Shown: positions 50,125 to 63,919 of the stretch, in pieces
Numbering within the stretch: position 1 is the stretch's first letter
How the letters are laid out: the number at the start of each line of letters is the position of its first letter
From: Oculina patagonica
Taxonomy: Eukaryota
DNA length: 64,000 nt
Direction of reading: 5' to 3'
NCBI RefSeq assembly: GCF_052425735.1
Contig: NC_135769.1
Location: forward strand, 14,880,001-14,944,000
Notes under the pieces: generated by a model
The model's input: only the letters and a program-made list of their open reading frames with translations
Told to the model about the DNA's origin: nothing
Databases searched by the model: none
Translations under genes and position numbers: made by a program

Positions 50125-51060
50125 TTTAAAAATGAGGATGGTAAGATCAAGGTGGGTGTATACCGCAAGACCACACATATGAGCAAGTATTTAGACTTCC
50201 ATTCACACAGCCCAGCGCAAAGCAAGAGAGCCATCGTTAAGACTTTAATGGACCGAGCTAAGTGCATTCCATCAACAACTGCGCAAAGACAAAACGAGAA
50301 ACAACGCGTTATTAATGACTTAAAAGCTAACGGTTATCCTGACAGCTTCATCAAGTCAGCTGGCGAATCAAACAAAACAAACACGCAACCAAGAACCCAG
50401 GAGAATCCGAAGGCATACTCGTCCATTCCATATGTGAAAGGAGTGTCGGAGCGCGTTCGACGGATTTTGAGCCGGGAAAACATCAAGACAGTGTTTAAAC
50501 CAGTATGAACGTTAGGAAATATCTTCAAAAAGCCCAAGGACCGACCGAATAAAGATCAATTGAAAGGAATCGTATACAAAGTGACTTGCAGGACATGTCC
50601 ATTTGCATACATTGGGGAAAGCAAAAGAAACTGGAAATTGCGGGGAGCCGAAACACAAGCCTGGAACAAATGGAAATATCAACTCCGCGATTAAACATCA
50701 TGCAGAAATCGGCCACTACATACATCCAAGTTACGCCGAAATTCTTGAAACAGGTGTAAGCAGCAAGAACAAAAAACTGTTTCTGGAATCCTTGCATTCC
50801 TTCCTCGACAAAAAGACTATCAACGAAAGAGCGCCCTTCCCAAGGGTTTACGCATTGCTAGTTGTTCCCCAGGGGGACAACAAACAATAACGTCGATTTA
50901 GCTTATTAGAATTCTGCGAACCTTGCAAAAATCCATCATTCTCTGAAGAAGACCGCAGTCTAAGGGGATCGAAAATTTAGAGTATCGTTTTATATTTTTA
51001 GATCTGTTTTAAAAACATTTATATTTTAACCTATGACTACAGCAGTTTTATTTAATTGAT
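50125..51060 (+). mobile_element. Penelope-like element C (Poseidon-type), 5'-truncated, decayed
   Basis: VYRKTTH..YLDFHSHSP..LKANGYP..IPYVKGVSE, KPKD..GIVYKVTCRTCPFAYIGESKR, FLESLHS..INER. No Cys linker; stop and frameshift present. Confidence 0.85.
50938..50983 (+). ncRNA. Degenerate minimal hammerhead ribozyme motif of element C
   Basis: ATTCT-CTGAAGA-A-GACCGCAGTCTAAGGGGATC-GAAA-ATTT-AGAGT. Core boxes and AATT palindrome present; stem II mismatched. Confidence 0.5.
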
Positions 51061-51162
51061 AAATATATTCTTTATTTTTGCGACCTGACTGCTTGACTAT
51101 GAGTTGATACTTGAATCAGGTGTTGCTCACAGCTTGAACATAGCTCACTTCAGATAACCTAC

Positions 51163-51369
51163 CTTGGCAACATCAACATCAACATCTCTTATACCAACAT
51201 GAATGCTTGTGTCATTTCCTTTCTTTGAGGAATCATGGACGACCACTGGCTTGATGGGATCAATTCCAGGTGGATGGATGTCGACTTGATGATGTTCACC
51301 ACTCTCTTGAGTTGTCAGCACTGTGTATGTGCCAGCGACAAAGCAAGTTAAACCCAATACCAGGACAAG
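51163..51369 (-). CDS. SLC38A10: SLC38A10-like exon (last TM helix and start of tail)
   Basis: TTCTAG|CTT; LVLVLGLTCFVAGTYTVL...DVAK; donor AAG|GTAGGT. Confidence 0.8.
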
Positions 51370-51610
51370 CTAGAATAAAGAAAAACAATACTGTCAATGT
51401 GTTGAACTGTATCAACAAACATGTAGTCAGGTTTGAGATTCAATCTGAGCCATGTGTTTTGCCAGATTAACACATTAATTTTATACCCAAACAGCTTTTC
51501 TACTGGTAAGTGAAAGAAAGAAAACAAAACTTGGGAGGTCAGACATTTTGTATATTTTTTTGGGCAGCCATGCACTTTATTTTTATTTTTATTTTTTTAT
51601 TCTTATTGTA

Positions 51611-52966
51611 TACACCTTATTTATAAATGGCGGAACGCGCGGAAGAGTTTGGGTCGAGTACATGAAAGCGAGGCATAGTGAGGCATCAGCTTCGAACCAA
51701 AACAAAGAAAAGTATGGCGAATTGAAGTAGTATTTGATAATTCTTGAAATATCTCGTCGGTTAGAAAGCGATTCTTGGGTTTTGATGACTGCCATTGGAA
51801 TCTCTGGTTTGTCAACTGCAGATATGGCCGTATGGTTTCCAATTCAACACAAATTATGGAAAAAATTTTGTCGGAAAATCGCATCGATCCTCTCAGTCTC
51901 TTCACCTCCTGCTCGTGTACAATTGTAATCCAGACTACTTTCAAGTTTCCTTTTTATGGAAGACCCTAGAAGCTTGCAGGAAGGCAGAGGAAAGAAACAC
52001 GATATAAAAGAGACTATGGAGCTTGTTAAAAAATTAACACGTCTCTCGATACGGTAAGCAAAAATCGCGATTTTATAAAGACACAAGGTTTCCTGAGTAT
52101 TTTGCCTTCGAACACATTAATAAGCTAAAATGTTGTTCACAACGGTTGATCATTCTTTATAGACGTTACTTGTAACAAATCTTTAAATTTAAGAATAAGT
52201 AAAGCCAAGGAAAGTAGAAATAGGGCATAAAGAGCGAGCTTTCAAATTTTAAACTTTTCAAATTGAAATAAATTTTACAGCGGTAAGATTCTTGCAATTT
52301 TAAATATTCCTATACATTTGCTGAATTCAGAATTTAAGCACTTCTTTGATGCCAAATCGTCTTGCTGATTTTTTGTCCATATACATATATACTGATCCAT
52401 TTGTGATTCTTAAATTGTGTATACATTAGAATGCGCGGGTTCAAATGCCGAGTTTAGTGGGTAAAAGTTTTGTAAAACGATAGACTGAACTGAAATATTT
52501 TTAACCTGTTTGCGTAGTCGCTAGTCGCACAATGTTGGCGATTTTTTTTTACTTTCCATATCCAGAGACGTGCAAAATCGCTATTGTCTCTATAATATCT
52601 ATATTTGCAAGCTTTCAAAGTCTTCCATTAAAACGATACTATAGTAATATGGATAACAACTGTACACAAGGTAGTAAAGAGATTAAGAAGATCGATGCGG
52701 TTTTGTGACAACATTTTTCCATGATTTGTGTTTACTTCGCATCCATACGACTGTTTATGCAGTTGTCAAACCAGGGATTCCAATGGCAGTCATCAAAACC
52801 CAAGAATCGCTTTCTAACCGACGAGATATTTCAAGAATTATCAAATACTACTTCAATTCGCCATACTTTTCTTTGTTTTGGTTCGAAGCCGATGCCTCAC
52901 TAGCCTCGCTTTCATGTACTCGACCCAAACTCTTCCGTGCGTTCCGCCATTTATGAATAAGGTGTA
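51611..52966. mobile_element. Non-autonomous DNA transposon with long (>190 bp) TIRs
   Basis: TACACCTTATTTATAAATGGCGGAACGC... / ...GCGTTCCGCCATTTATGAATAAGGTGTA; the same spurious peptide appears on both strands in the ORF track. Confidence 0.85.
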
Positions 52967-53265
52967 TTGTAAAGTTAAATTTAATTTAGGGTGCGAAATA
53001 AAAGTTGTTGTTGTTGTTGTTGTCAAGTCTCAAGAAGTGTTCAGTCAATAAGGGTACTTTCTCTTTCTTTCTATCATTGACTGAACTATTGAATAAATCA
53101 CTGACACATGCAGATTTAAACCTACAATCTTTAGATGATCCAGCAACTCTACTCTAGATGACCTTGTTAAGTGGTTCCACAGGATGTTTATTGTAATCAT
53201 CTGGGTTTCCTCTGCTCATCCAACTCATGACATGTGATATCAGTCTTGTGATTATAATAACATAC

Positions 53266-53384
53266 CTTTGCTACCAGCCTTGCTGTTGTCTTCTCTGACA
53301 CGACATGCAAAAACATGGCGGATGGAAATATAAATGCTATCAGAGTGCCCATTGTTGCTCCAGTCAGTGACAGCACAAATTCAA
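53266..53384 (-). CDS. SLC38A10: SLC38A10-like exon
   Basis: IEFVLSLTGATMGTLIAFIFPSAMFLHVVSEKTTARLVAK; AG/GT boundaries in phase. Confidence 0.9.
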
Positions 53385-53634
53385 CTAAAATGTAAAATCA
53401 TTCATTACAATTAACACTGTAGAATTATAATAAGTGAAACCAATACAAACTGTATATAATTATTATTTTTTCTTAAATGTTTTTTTTAGCTGCTACCAAC
53501 TATACTAACTATGTACCAACTAAGCTGCAACAGAATGTAATCTGTAAGGTTCCAGTAGTCACAAAACAAGTAAGCTTATAAGTAAGCATGTTCATGAGCT
53601 TAAGGTTGATTGATCTGAGTCCTAGTGCACTTAC

Positions 53635-53755
53635 TTTGTGGAAAGAGAATCCCCAGTGTCAGGGTGCCAGAGATAATGGCAAGCGTCAGGTATGTGAATC
53701 GATCATGTGGAATGAAGCCAGCACCTCCAGGTAAATTTTCTGAACTGCCTGACTG
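53635..53755 (-). CDS. SLC38A10: SLC38A10-like exon
   Basis: QSGSSENLPGGAGFIPHDRFTYLTLAIISGTLTLGILFPQ; TAG|CAG acceptor, GTAAGT donor. Confidence 0.9.
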
Positions 53756-54417
53756 CTAAAGGAACAGAAAGATTCACTGGGTTGCTGCCTTGGATAACAA
53801 TAATGTTCTTGAAAGTTAGTGCAAAGCTGTTTTATTAAATTTTATTTTATTATTAGAACTGAATATTTTTGCATGTTTTCCAGTCCATTTCTTGTCTCTT
53901 AATTGTCACATTGACTCGAGTTCACTACTAACAGAGGATAATAATATTAGGTAATAGGTGACAGAGTGAGTAGGAATGTGATCCAATAAAATTTGTTCAG
54001 AGTCATACACTTTTTCAGGCCAAAAATCCAAGGACTTTTCAAGGACTTTCCAGGACCCTTTTTATGAAATTTTCCTCAAACCAATGATTTCCAGTCTGTT
54101 GGGCTGTTGATGTGCTTGCTGATGAACTAAAAAATTCGCTTATTTTTGTGGTCTTCTCATTGCCTTTTAACGTTCAATAAAAAAAATCAAGGACTTTCAA
54201 GGACCAAAAACCAATTTCAAGTACTTTCAAGGCCTTGAAATTGACCTCCTGAAATTCAAGGGTTTTCAAGATGCGTACGAACCCTGTTTGTTCTAAGCTG
54301 AAATCTAGTCAAACAGCCTTTTTTACTGTGCATCTAAGGAGCCAAGATGGGTACAAAAGTTGTAGGCTATTCTCTGCACCCAACTATCAAAAGGAAATTA
54401 TTACAAATAATGCTGAC

Positions 54418-54500
54418 CTGCTGGAATATCAGAGAATGCAAACTTGCTCGTAAAGGATAAACCATCAGAGGAAAGCTGACAATGACAGACATTACAAAGC
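54418..54500 (-). CDS. SLC38A10: SLC38A10-like exon
   Basis: GFVMSVIVSFPLMVYPLRASLHSLIFQQ. Confidence 0.9.
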
Positions 54501-54696
54501 CTACAAAACAGAATAATTCAGGTTATTAATAATGGTAATAGGACTGAGTGGAGTCCAATTCGGTGTGTAATCATACGAGTGATTAACAAAATCGGACGAC
54601 GACGTAGTGGAAGTCCGATTTGTTTAATCACGAGTATGATTACAGACAAAATTGGACGACACGATTTCCAGTTACCAATTAATCAAACTTTGTTAA

Positions 54697-56357
54697 GGTT
54701 ACTGTAGACCTTCCGGAAAATCGTTCATACACGTGTTTCTTTTTTTCAAAACCTTAGAAAAGTATATATCACTGTAAAGCTAATAGAATTTAGAATCTAA
54801 AGAAATAATTATTTTGAAGATTTAGTCTAATGGTAAGCTCATGCAAGACTTAAACGGCAACACTGACGATGTTTGGTAAACTGAATTACCTGCTTTCGTG
54901 TTCGCACGTACGACCAAACAAACTGGACAGTGTCAATCAGCAGGTAATGGACTTCGAAAGTGAGTGAGGCTTTTTGGATATTCCTATTGGTTCCTGAGAG
55001 ATTCTATTGTAAACTCGGCGGTTAGAATATTTGCTGATCTTCGTCACGTAAGAAGGCGTTAAACGCGAAATATTTGAAATATTGAAAAAGGCTCACACAC
55101 TTTGGCGCGTTAATAACCAAGGAACATTTTGCCCAAGTTTCGTTAAAATCCGTCAAATCTACATACCCTATTAATTCGCTTGAAGCAGTGGAATCCTCTT
55201 TGGAATTTGGGTGGAGAGAGGCACCATGAGAGTAAAGTGTCTTGCCCAAGAACACGGTTCCACCATGATTTGATTGCAAAATAATGTTTTTTGAAGTAAA
55301 GTAGTGCTACTGTACGATGAATTGAAAAGATCAAAAACAATTAAAGTAATCAAATTTAGCGGTGTTTAGCGGTCGTAAAAAGAGAAAAACTTTCCCGTCA
55401 AAACTAAACTTGAGGCGCGCTCGCCAATTGCGCGATGTTTGCCGACGAGTATTGAGACATTCGGACTGAAAAAATGGAGTCGGAATTTTCAAATTTTTTG
55501 CTTAATTTTGATTTTGAAAATTTAGAGAATGCACTCTAAACAAACAAATGGAAAAAGAGGCAGAAGAGAAAATTGGTTAAAGTGTTGAAGACCAAGTCAA
55601 CACAATTTGCAGTACGTACCTTTCAAGCATGGCTTCAACAAAGCGATAAATATAACTGGATTTTTGGCTGAATTTGGGTACGGTAAATACCTATTGTTTT
55701 TTTTTGGTGCCTCGGATCAGGCTCGTTTGGTCTGGCCATGGGTATTTTGGCTCGACTGCGTCTCGCCAAAATACGAACCATGGCTCGACCAAACTCGCCT
55801 GATATGCTGCCGAAGCGTACCAAAAAGGTACGATTAGGTATAAGTACAGACCTCAAACTTGATTGAAAAAATGGGCTTTTAAGCGGGGATGAATTTGTTT
55901 GGTAAAGCTTTCCCTAGAGTGTTATTGTTCGATTTGTTCTTGAGCTCCAACTGAACATCAATTTGGCTTTCTTCTAATCTCCCTCTTTCATTTTTGTTTT
56001 CTTTAACACGGTTTTCTTACGAAATTTCGTCCAAGTTGTGTTCTCTCTTTTCGATGAACTCATATCATGTTTTAGACTTTTGCATGAAAATTCACTGATC
56101 CTTGTGGCCTAACCCACACTAAACAGCACAGCTCTTTCGATGTAAATAAAACATTCAAATCTGCGTAACTCGAGTTGCCGGATGAAGTTTTCCGCGAATA
56201 ATGTACGGAGCGCCACATGTGCAATAAGGATTATAACACCTTTTGCTAAAGAAGTTTTTCCTCGATATCTCGCGATCATTAAACAATTTTACATTTCTTT
56301 TTTTACCAAACTATAAATCAGTGTTTTAGGTTTGGCCTCTGAAGGTCTACAGTAACC
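54697..56357. mobile_element. Non-autonomous Kolobok-like DNA transposon (contains a SINE fragment at about 55208-55255)
   Basis: TTAA|GGTTACTGTAGACCTTC ... GAAGGTCTACAGTAACC|TTAA; perfect 17-bp TIR. Confidence 0.8.
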
Positions 56358-56912
56358 TTAAGAAACAAACAAATTTTACCGGTGAAATGGTTTAAAGTCT
56401 TTGTGAATACTAAAAAACATAACAGTTTACTCAACAAAATGCACAACAACAGCATGCACAAAATGATGCGTACCGTCCAATTACCCGGCATGACACGCAC
56501 TCACTAGACTGTCCTATTACACTGTCCAATTACAAGCATGCTGCATACACTGTCCTATTAGTGCTCACATTGGGCTGCTGATAACCAATCACGTATGAGA
56601 ATTTTTTTATAGTTTTGATTAACAAAAGAAAAACTCCACTGTTGAAATGATTTAAGAAAAGTTTGTTCCAGTGCTTAGGACTGCAGAAACCAGGTGGTTG
56701 ATCATCCGCTCCCCCCCCCCCTCCCAAAAGACCAGCTGAATGGAATAAATCTGGCCATGGTCTAGTTTAGTATGCTAATCAACAGGTCATTGGGTCTCCC
56801 ATATTAGAACACATTACCCTAAAGAGAGTCCACTGACTGAATCAGTTTTCAGGAGGGCCCTGTGAGTTAAAAAATATTTACTATTTATCTATTAGGAAAA
56901 TATTTTACTTAC

Positions 56913-57012
56913 CTAATTTAATTATCTGTGAGATGAAAGTATTGCCATAGTTTGTTAACATGTCACCCTTGACACCAACATTGTAAAAGCATACATAACC
57001 AAAAAATCCAAC
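56913..57012 (-). CDS. SLC38A10: SLC38A10-like exon
   Basis: VGFFGYVCFYNVGVKGDMLTNYGNTFISQIIKLG. Confidence 0.9.
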
Positions 57013-58033
57013 CTATATTATAGTAAATAGAAAGAATGTTAACTTTCTACTGTAGGAATGACAACTTAAACTTTACTTTTTTCTTATAACCTTTTCACCT
57101 GATAATATTGTAAGGGCTTATTAATACCACAGAATATTGATGGTTTGCGCAAAAGAAAACTTTTAGAGGATCGCGCTACTCATTTTCATATTTTAAGTCA
57201 TTGTGATGCATACTGACCAATGCAGAATGACAAACTTCTGCCAAACCTCTTAGAAGTCCTTTAATAGCCTCTCACATCAAGCACACATGGACATTGTGCT
57301 GTCAAAATTATTAAGTTCTGACTTATTTGTTCCAAGTTGTTCAAACATCAGAAAAACAGTAATGACATTGTTATGTAATATTCTTGTGCCACTGGCATTG
57401 AGGTAGAGGGGGTGGGGATGACATTTACTTTTAAAACCATTTTTTCAAGAGTACAACAAATTTTACACATGTCTACAGTTGAAAAACAAAGAAAAATGTA
57501 ACAGGAACCTACAAATAAAGTTAAAAGGCATTGCATGAAAAAAATATTGGGAATTTTGCCTATGCATAATTAAAAAAAAAAAACAACTTGACAGATTGCT
57601 GACAGAACTTTTTTGGGTACCTTCACCACTACAAAGTGGTGCTTTAACAAGGTGTCTTAGCATTACCACACCCTGTACTGCATGAAGAGACTGTTACTAA
57701 ATATCTGGGCAAGTCTCAAATGTTATTACTTGCAATCTGTTAAACTCCAGTCAGAACTGTCAAAAAATATCAATAAAAACATTGATGTGCAAAATATTTA
57801 GATTTTTCACCTCTTCCTGGGCATCAGTATTTCACCTAACTTGACATAAATAGTGCAAAGGCCTGTCAATGGCATAATTGTAACTGTAACATCAATCAAT
57901 GGAGGAGGTAACTGATATACTTTGAACCCGTTTTTTGTCCAAAGATTCTTCTCTGGTGAAAAATATAAAAGGTTGAAACCAAAAGATCTCCTGAAGCCAT
58001 TCTTAATACACTACCACTTCATCAATGACCTAC

Positions 58034-58136
58034 CAAAAAATAAACCAAAGCCACGATATTCATCCCTGTATTGACAACACCTTCCATTTTCTTGACTGAT
58101 GGTTCAGGTAAGGTTTCATACAACGCAAACAGCTGC
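58034..58136 (-). CDS. SLC38A10: SLC38A10-like exon
   Basis: QLFALYETLPEPSVKKMEGVVNTGMNIVALVYFL. Confidence 0.9.
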
Positions 58137-58361
58137 CTACAGATAAAACATGTACAGAACAAACAGACAGGTTCACAAGATGTTGTTGTAAATAAAGGAT
58201 GGTATATTTTTAAGCTTGGAGAATGACAATGAGAAAGACATTCTTCAGTCAATGACTAAAGCAAACAAAAGTTCTACTATGACTGTAGAACTTGTTTTGT
58301 GTTTTATGTCATTGTAATAGAGAGTTTAAGTATGGGTATGCCATATTATATTCTTGTACAT

Positions 58362-59983
58362 GGGGTGACTCGAAAACAAAGACCTATAAAACGAAGACCC
58401 GAAGACCCTAAGACCCCAAAAACTTGAAAACGAAGACCCCCCAATTTTTCAATGTATTTTTACCTTTAGTGAATATTTAGGCCTTCTTTATCCCAGTCAA
58501 ATTTTCCTTTCATCGTTGAGGGCTGCAACAAGTTTATCCGCCATCTTGAACTGAGTAACCGTGCTACCACACTTGACCGGAAGTGATGCTCTTTGTATGG
58601 ATTGTTTTTTGTTGTTATTTTATTTTACGGACAAATTGTTTTTTGTGCTTAAATGCGCTGCGTTTGCTGGTAGAAGTGTACTTCGGCCCCTAAACAAACG
58701 GTTTTTTTTCTGATTCCACATCCTTGCTTTCTCCCTCTCTATGCGAAGACAGGAGGAAAACCGCATGGAGTGTCTTTCTTTGGAGCTTCTGTGAATTGAT
58801 AGGCGCCGAGTGCAGTACAAGTGAAATGCCGACAAACCATTATTTATTTCAAATTTTAACAACCACTCTTTATAATGACGACATATATTGATAATTTTCT
58901 TAAACATTTGAGACACTAATTTGTTGAACACTAACGTTTAAAATAATGATTTTTTATATAACATGCATAGCGCGTAATTAACTTGCAACTTTAATTATTT
59001 TTTGCTGTTCCTGTAGTCGAAGAATTACAGCGAGGGAAAAACGAGGTCTGAAGAAGTTTCGAGTTATCGGTATTTAACTGTATTCACATTAATTTTTGGG
59101 CATCGCCGCGCCAACGCCTCACAAGTGTGGATAGTTTGTTGCAACCTAAAAAAGGTAGACGAAGCGGACAAATCTTGAAACAGACTGTGTATTCTTGCCA
59201 ATCATCTGTCAATAGCTATGAACTTGGATTAAGGTTTATTTACCTTATTCTCATTAAATTTCGCGAAAAATCAAGAGCCATATTTCGCGAGAATAAAATT
59301 TTTGCGATTTGGAGAGGAAGGTAGAATTGAAGTGTATTAAATTTTGCGATTTTTTTCTATTCTTCAATATGAAGCTTTTGCCCCAGAACTGTAACAACAC
59401 AATTGACATGATCGCCATCGTAAACATAGCAAACAAAACAAGCTAAATATAACAAAGCATAAGGTATTCCACGGTCAAAATAGAACTTAGCGGCAGCTAG
59501 AGGACAGTTTGGACAGCGAGAGTGTTGCATTGGAAGATAACTGATGGACAAAATCAAACAAAAAACCCTAAACATGAAGCCGAGAAATAAAAACAGAAAT
59601 AAAACAACAGCTTGAATTTCTTTATTTTATTGATATTTTACAGCATTAAATTTCGGGATTTAAATTTTCAAGTGTCCTATATTTCGCGATTTTGAACTAC
59701 AAACCAAATGAATCGCGGTTCTTTTATTTGAAGAAGACGCTAGAAGACGGCCTTTGCGTCACTTCCGGTCAAGTGTGGTAGCGCGGTTACTCAGTTCAAG
59801 ATGGCGGATAAACTTGTTGCAGCCCTCAACGAAGAAAGGAAAATTTGACTGGGATAAAGAAGGCCTAAATATTCACTAAAGGTAAAAATACATTGAAAAA
59901 TTGGGGGGTCTTCGTTTTCGAGTTTTTGGGGTCTTAGGGTCTTTGGGTCTTCGTTTAATAGGTCTTTGTTTTCGAGTCACCCC
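58362..59983. mobile_element. Non-autonomous DNA transposon with ~225-bp TIRs and 8-bp TSD
   Basis: GGGGTGACTCGAAAACAAAGACC... / ...GGTCTTTGTTTTCGAGTCACCCC; TSD TTGTACAT / TTGTATAT. Confidence 0.85.
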
Positions 59984-61432
59984 TTGTATATGTTGTGGTT
60001 TAAATGAATCTTCAGTTCCATTTGATAGTTATTTCAATCATTATCTCAAATTCATTCAATTTCTCAAATTCATTATCATAAATTAAGTGAAAAAAAGGAA
60101 AATAAGATTCAAACTGGTCTAAAAATTTGAAACAAAAGATAAATTTGAAAAATTCAATATGAAGTGTAACAAGAAGCTCTTAGAGCTTAAAAGTGGGCTG
60201 GCCACGTAGCCCGTCGAGTTGAGTTTTTGGGGGGATCCGTGCACACCCCCCCCCCCCCCCCCGGCCCGCCTCGGTGTCAAAAATGTTGCGACTGACAAAC
60301 AAATGGTAGGAAAACACCTTATGTGACATTTCATGGTTGACTAGTTCCATCTGCAATTAATTATTTTTTGTGTATGCTAATGCTGGCCAGATTCCCACGA
60401 TCCTGATCTGTGAAGCCAGACGATCTATTAAATCAGCATCCAGTGTTGTATCGAATTAATGTTCAAACACTGAACAATCATTCCTAGAATGGAATATTGA
60501 AGCCAAGTTTTAAATTAAATTTGAGAAGAACACTTGAGCTGTTTTTATCAGAGTGAAAAAAGAAAAATACATTTCGCTTAAAAATTGAATTTTCACACTT
60601 AATATGCTAAATGAAGACCGAAGGATTCGAAAATTTTTCATAAGTAGCTGAATAACAGCTTTAAAACATTGCGTGGCTGGCCGCTCACAATCAGTGCCTT
60701 GTGAAAGTGAAAGTTGTCATGTCAGCACATTCTTTGGCACGAAAGTAATGGTATTTACGCACAGTATCAAGTCTGCTAAAATATGTTTTTCTTTCATAGC
60801 ATGAAAATTTATTATTTTCTTTGAGTCAAACACTTAAAAATCGAACATTTTACATTTTACATTAAACATGCTAAGTAAAGACCTTATTTTCGTAAAGTTT
60901 CCAAAGGTAACTGATTTATAGCTTCGAGACGTTGTGTGACTCGAGGTTTGGCCGAGCAGGGGCATCAGTCTACTCACCGAAAAAAAATGTGCAGAGCAAG
61001 AACTGCGTAGCGCAGTTAATTATCTCAGGGTTTTTTTTCTTATTGTTTTGTGAATAGAGAAGTAACAGTTTGTGTCAAGTAACATATTTTAGCATTAACT
61101 CACATGGGGGTTTGGTTGTCCAGTGAATTTGAATTTTTATCATGACTTGATGTTGTTCAATATTTTTCAATTCCTATTCAAATCTTACTACTTTGCAATC
61201 AACCTTTGAACCATTCGAAAAAATCCAAATTCAAGTTTCTCACAGCTGGTGTTTAACCCTGAGAATTAGTAAGCCAAAAACAAATAATGCTTTTAAGACC
61301 ATTGTCTCTTTCAATTCTTATACAGGCTCGCTCAGTGTTTAAGGTGATCCATACATTCATGGTGAAGTGTAAATTAAAACACTATTTTTTATTAGTAAAT
61401 ATAGACAGTATTATAGTGAATGAAAAGCTTAC

Positions 61433-61554
61433 GTTTGGCAGGCAAAGGCCAAGGCAAAGATAGGTAAGTAGTGAAGAAGATTCTCTGGTCGCCAGTAATT
61501 CAAGTTAGAGATCCAAGATCCTTCCAAAATTCGTGGCAATGCATTCAAAAATAT
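61433..61554 (-). CDS. SLC38A10: SLC38A10-like exon
   Basis: IFLNALPRILEGSWISNLNYWRPENLLHYLPIFALAFACQT; PIF..AFACQ is the SLC38 family motif. Confidence 0.9.
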
Positions 61555-61805
61555 CTGTCATAGGAAGACAAATACCAGATTAATTTTTTTTTGTGTAGAA
61601 TGAAAAAGACTTCAAATAACTTCTTACACTTCAAAGGTTCTGTTAGTACATATGTAAGTAAAGGCATTATTTTAACAGGGTAGCACTTGACTTGATAACT
61701 TTTGGGTCTGCAAAATCTGCTAGCCAGTGAGTCACGCAAGCCACCATGCAAGCCATACCATGCAAGCCATGCAAGCCAAGGGCCTTGAATGACTTGCGTG
61801 GCTTG

Positions 61806-63460
61806 CATTACGTCTTCACGCCGGTTTAAATGTGTCTTTCTGAAATGGGCAATACCGCTGGAAATTGTAGCCTGAAGGCTCCATTTATTCCTTTGGGTAT
61901 AAGTTTCGGCAGGCACTGAAAACGTGTTGCACAACTTCGGTTTTATTCGTTTCTAAAAAGGTGAGATATTTTGGAAGAAGCTGCCCAAGTGACTTCAAAA
62001 GACGGAACAATAGAGCAATTAAGCTACCTTGAGCGAATGGAGTTGTGAACGTATCCTTTTGTTCTTGACTTGTCATTGAACTTCCGATAACCACTACAGA
62101 CATTTTGCAGAAAAATACATCGCGAAAGATTTAAAAGTCTTTTGCGATGTATTTTTTCGCTTTTATATTTATTAAAAATAAAGAGCTTCTTGAGAGCTTT
62201 AAAAAGAGACCTTGAACGAGCTATTTGGATCGTTGTAGGTGATTTTAGTTTTGTTTTCGCCAAGCGCGTAGCGGCGGCTCATTCACACAGAGTTAATTAT
62301 GCATATCCAAATTCTGACACATGTTGATAATTGCTTATGCCCAGACAGCTCCCAAATCGCGTTTTATAGATTTAAAATTTTGCTTCTGCATGTTGCTGGT
62401 GTTTTATCCGAAGCGTTTTAAGTGCAAATAAAAGAGATTTTAATCGAGGACAATTCTCTATATCTAAGCTGAGTGATCACTTTGTTTTTGAAACCCGATC
62501 CCGTGTCGTCTATGAAGTATGTATCCCGCACGGCCGCTGAATAAAAAGACAAACGATGGATTTGATTTGATTTTTCTGCACAAAAATGCGGGTGAAACAT
62601 TGATTTATGATTTTGTGAACACAGAAAACTCTTTAAGCGTTATCTACGCGTTTAATTTTCCTAGCCTTCGGTGAGAATGTGTAATGTGAAACCGTGCTAC
62701 ACGCGCGCCAAGTTTTAATATTTTTCGCCGACAATTGTAAAGCTTACTAAATATAATCTTCGCTTAACTTTATTGTGTGTCACGCCAAACTTTTGATTTA
62801 CGTTAAACAATTATTTAGTAATTGAAAAGAAACGCATTTGTTCAGTTTCAATTCGACTGAGTGTGCTTAAATAAACATGCTGTCTTGCATAATGTCACTC
62901 GTCAAAATGTCACTATAGTCACGCAAAAACCACGGCCGATCGAATAAAATATCCCAAACAACAAAGGCAAGTGTATAGTGATTAAAGAGTTATGTTTTAT
63001 TTCTATGTGGTTTTCCTTTTTACACAATTCCTCGCTTTGTTCGCATCGAAAATATTTTCATTCGGTAAAAAGAAAATATACTTTACTTTAGTACGCGAAC
63101 TTGCTTTGTTTATCTTTGCGCACGTCCACTCGCTCTTAAAACTTTTGCAGTTTTTAAGTAAATGCATGAATTACATTTCTAGCATTGAAAGTGATAGAAA
63201 ATAAAATCAGTCAAGCAGATTCCCCGGAGATATTTTATTAGTCTGTTAACAAAAGAAATACTTCCCACCTACATCAAAGATGTTGCGCTCCTCACGATCT
63301 TCGGAAGCATGCCGGCTTGTCGGCAAATAGATCGGAATGAATAAGCAATGAGTTAAAACAATGAGTTAAAACAATGAGTTAAAACAATAGCTTGAAAATA
63401 TGAATGCTTAATAACCTCAAAATTTGAGGGACACATTTAAACCGGCGTGAAGACGTAATG
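61806..63460. mobile_element. Non-autonomous DNA transposon with perfect 31-bp TIR (P- or hAT-like CA..TG ends)
   Basis: CATTACGTCTTCACGCCGGTTTAAATGTGTC and its exact reverse complement; flanks GTGGCTTG / GTAGGCTCG resemble a degenerate TSD. Confidence 0.8.
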
Positions 63461-63919
63461 GTAGGCTCGCAAAGCTCGCTGTCTCGCAAAAACTTTGTGG
63501 CCCTCTATCTAACAGAAAGTCCTGTCAAGTACACTGTATTAAGCAATCTTTCATTGAAACAGTTAACCTGTGTCACAATGTTGTAAGGTAAGTGTACACT
63601 TAAACTCACTGGTTTGAGATAGTAATAAATATAGACTAAGCAGCAGTATCGTTTGATTTTGAGCAGGAACTCAGACAAGAGGTTACACTGTTGTGTAACT
63701 GGGCAGGATAGTGACTTGTAAAATTAATATACATCTATGTTGAATGGACTTCAAAGATAATCCATTTGTCCACTGAGTCCCTGGGCCTTTAATAACACCT
63801 ATAAGTCGCCAATGAAAAATTTTAGCCCCTAAATTAAGCAAACACTTTCAATCCTTCTTCTTAATTTTTGCCAAATAAATTAACAGGGACATATTTAAGC
63901 CAACATCCATTGGACTTAC

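Noticed and set aside
51548-52956. Duplicated peptides on opposite strands
   Set aside because: Caused by the long TIRs of a non-coding element.
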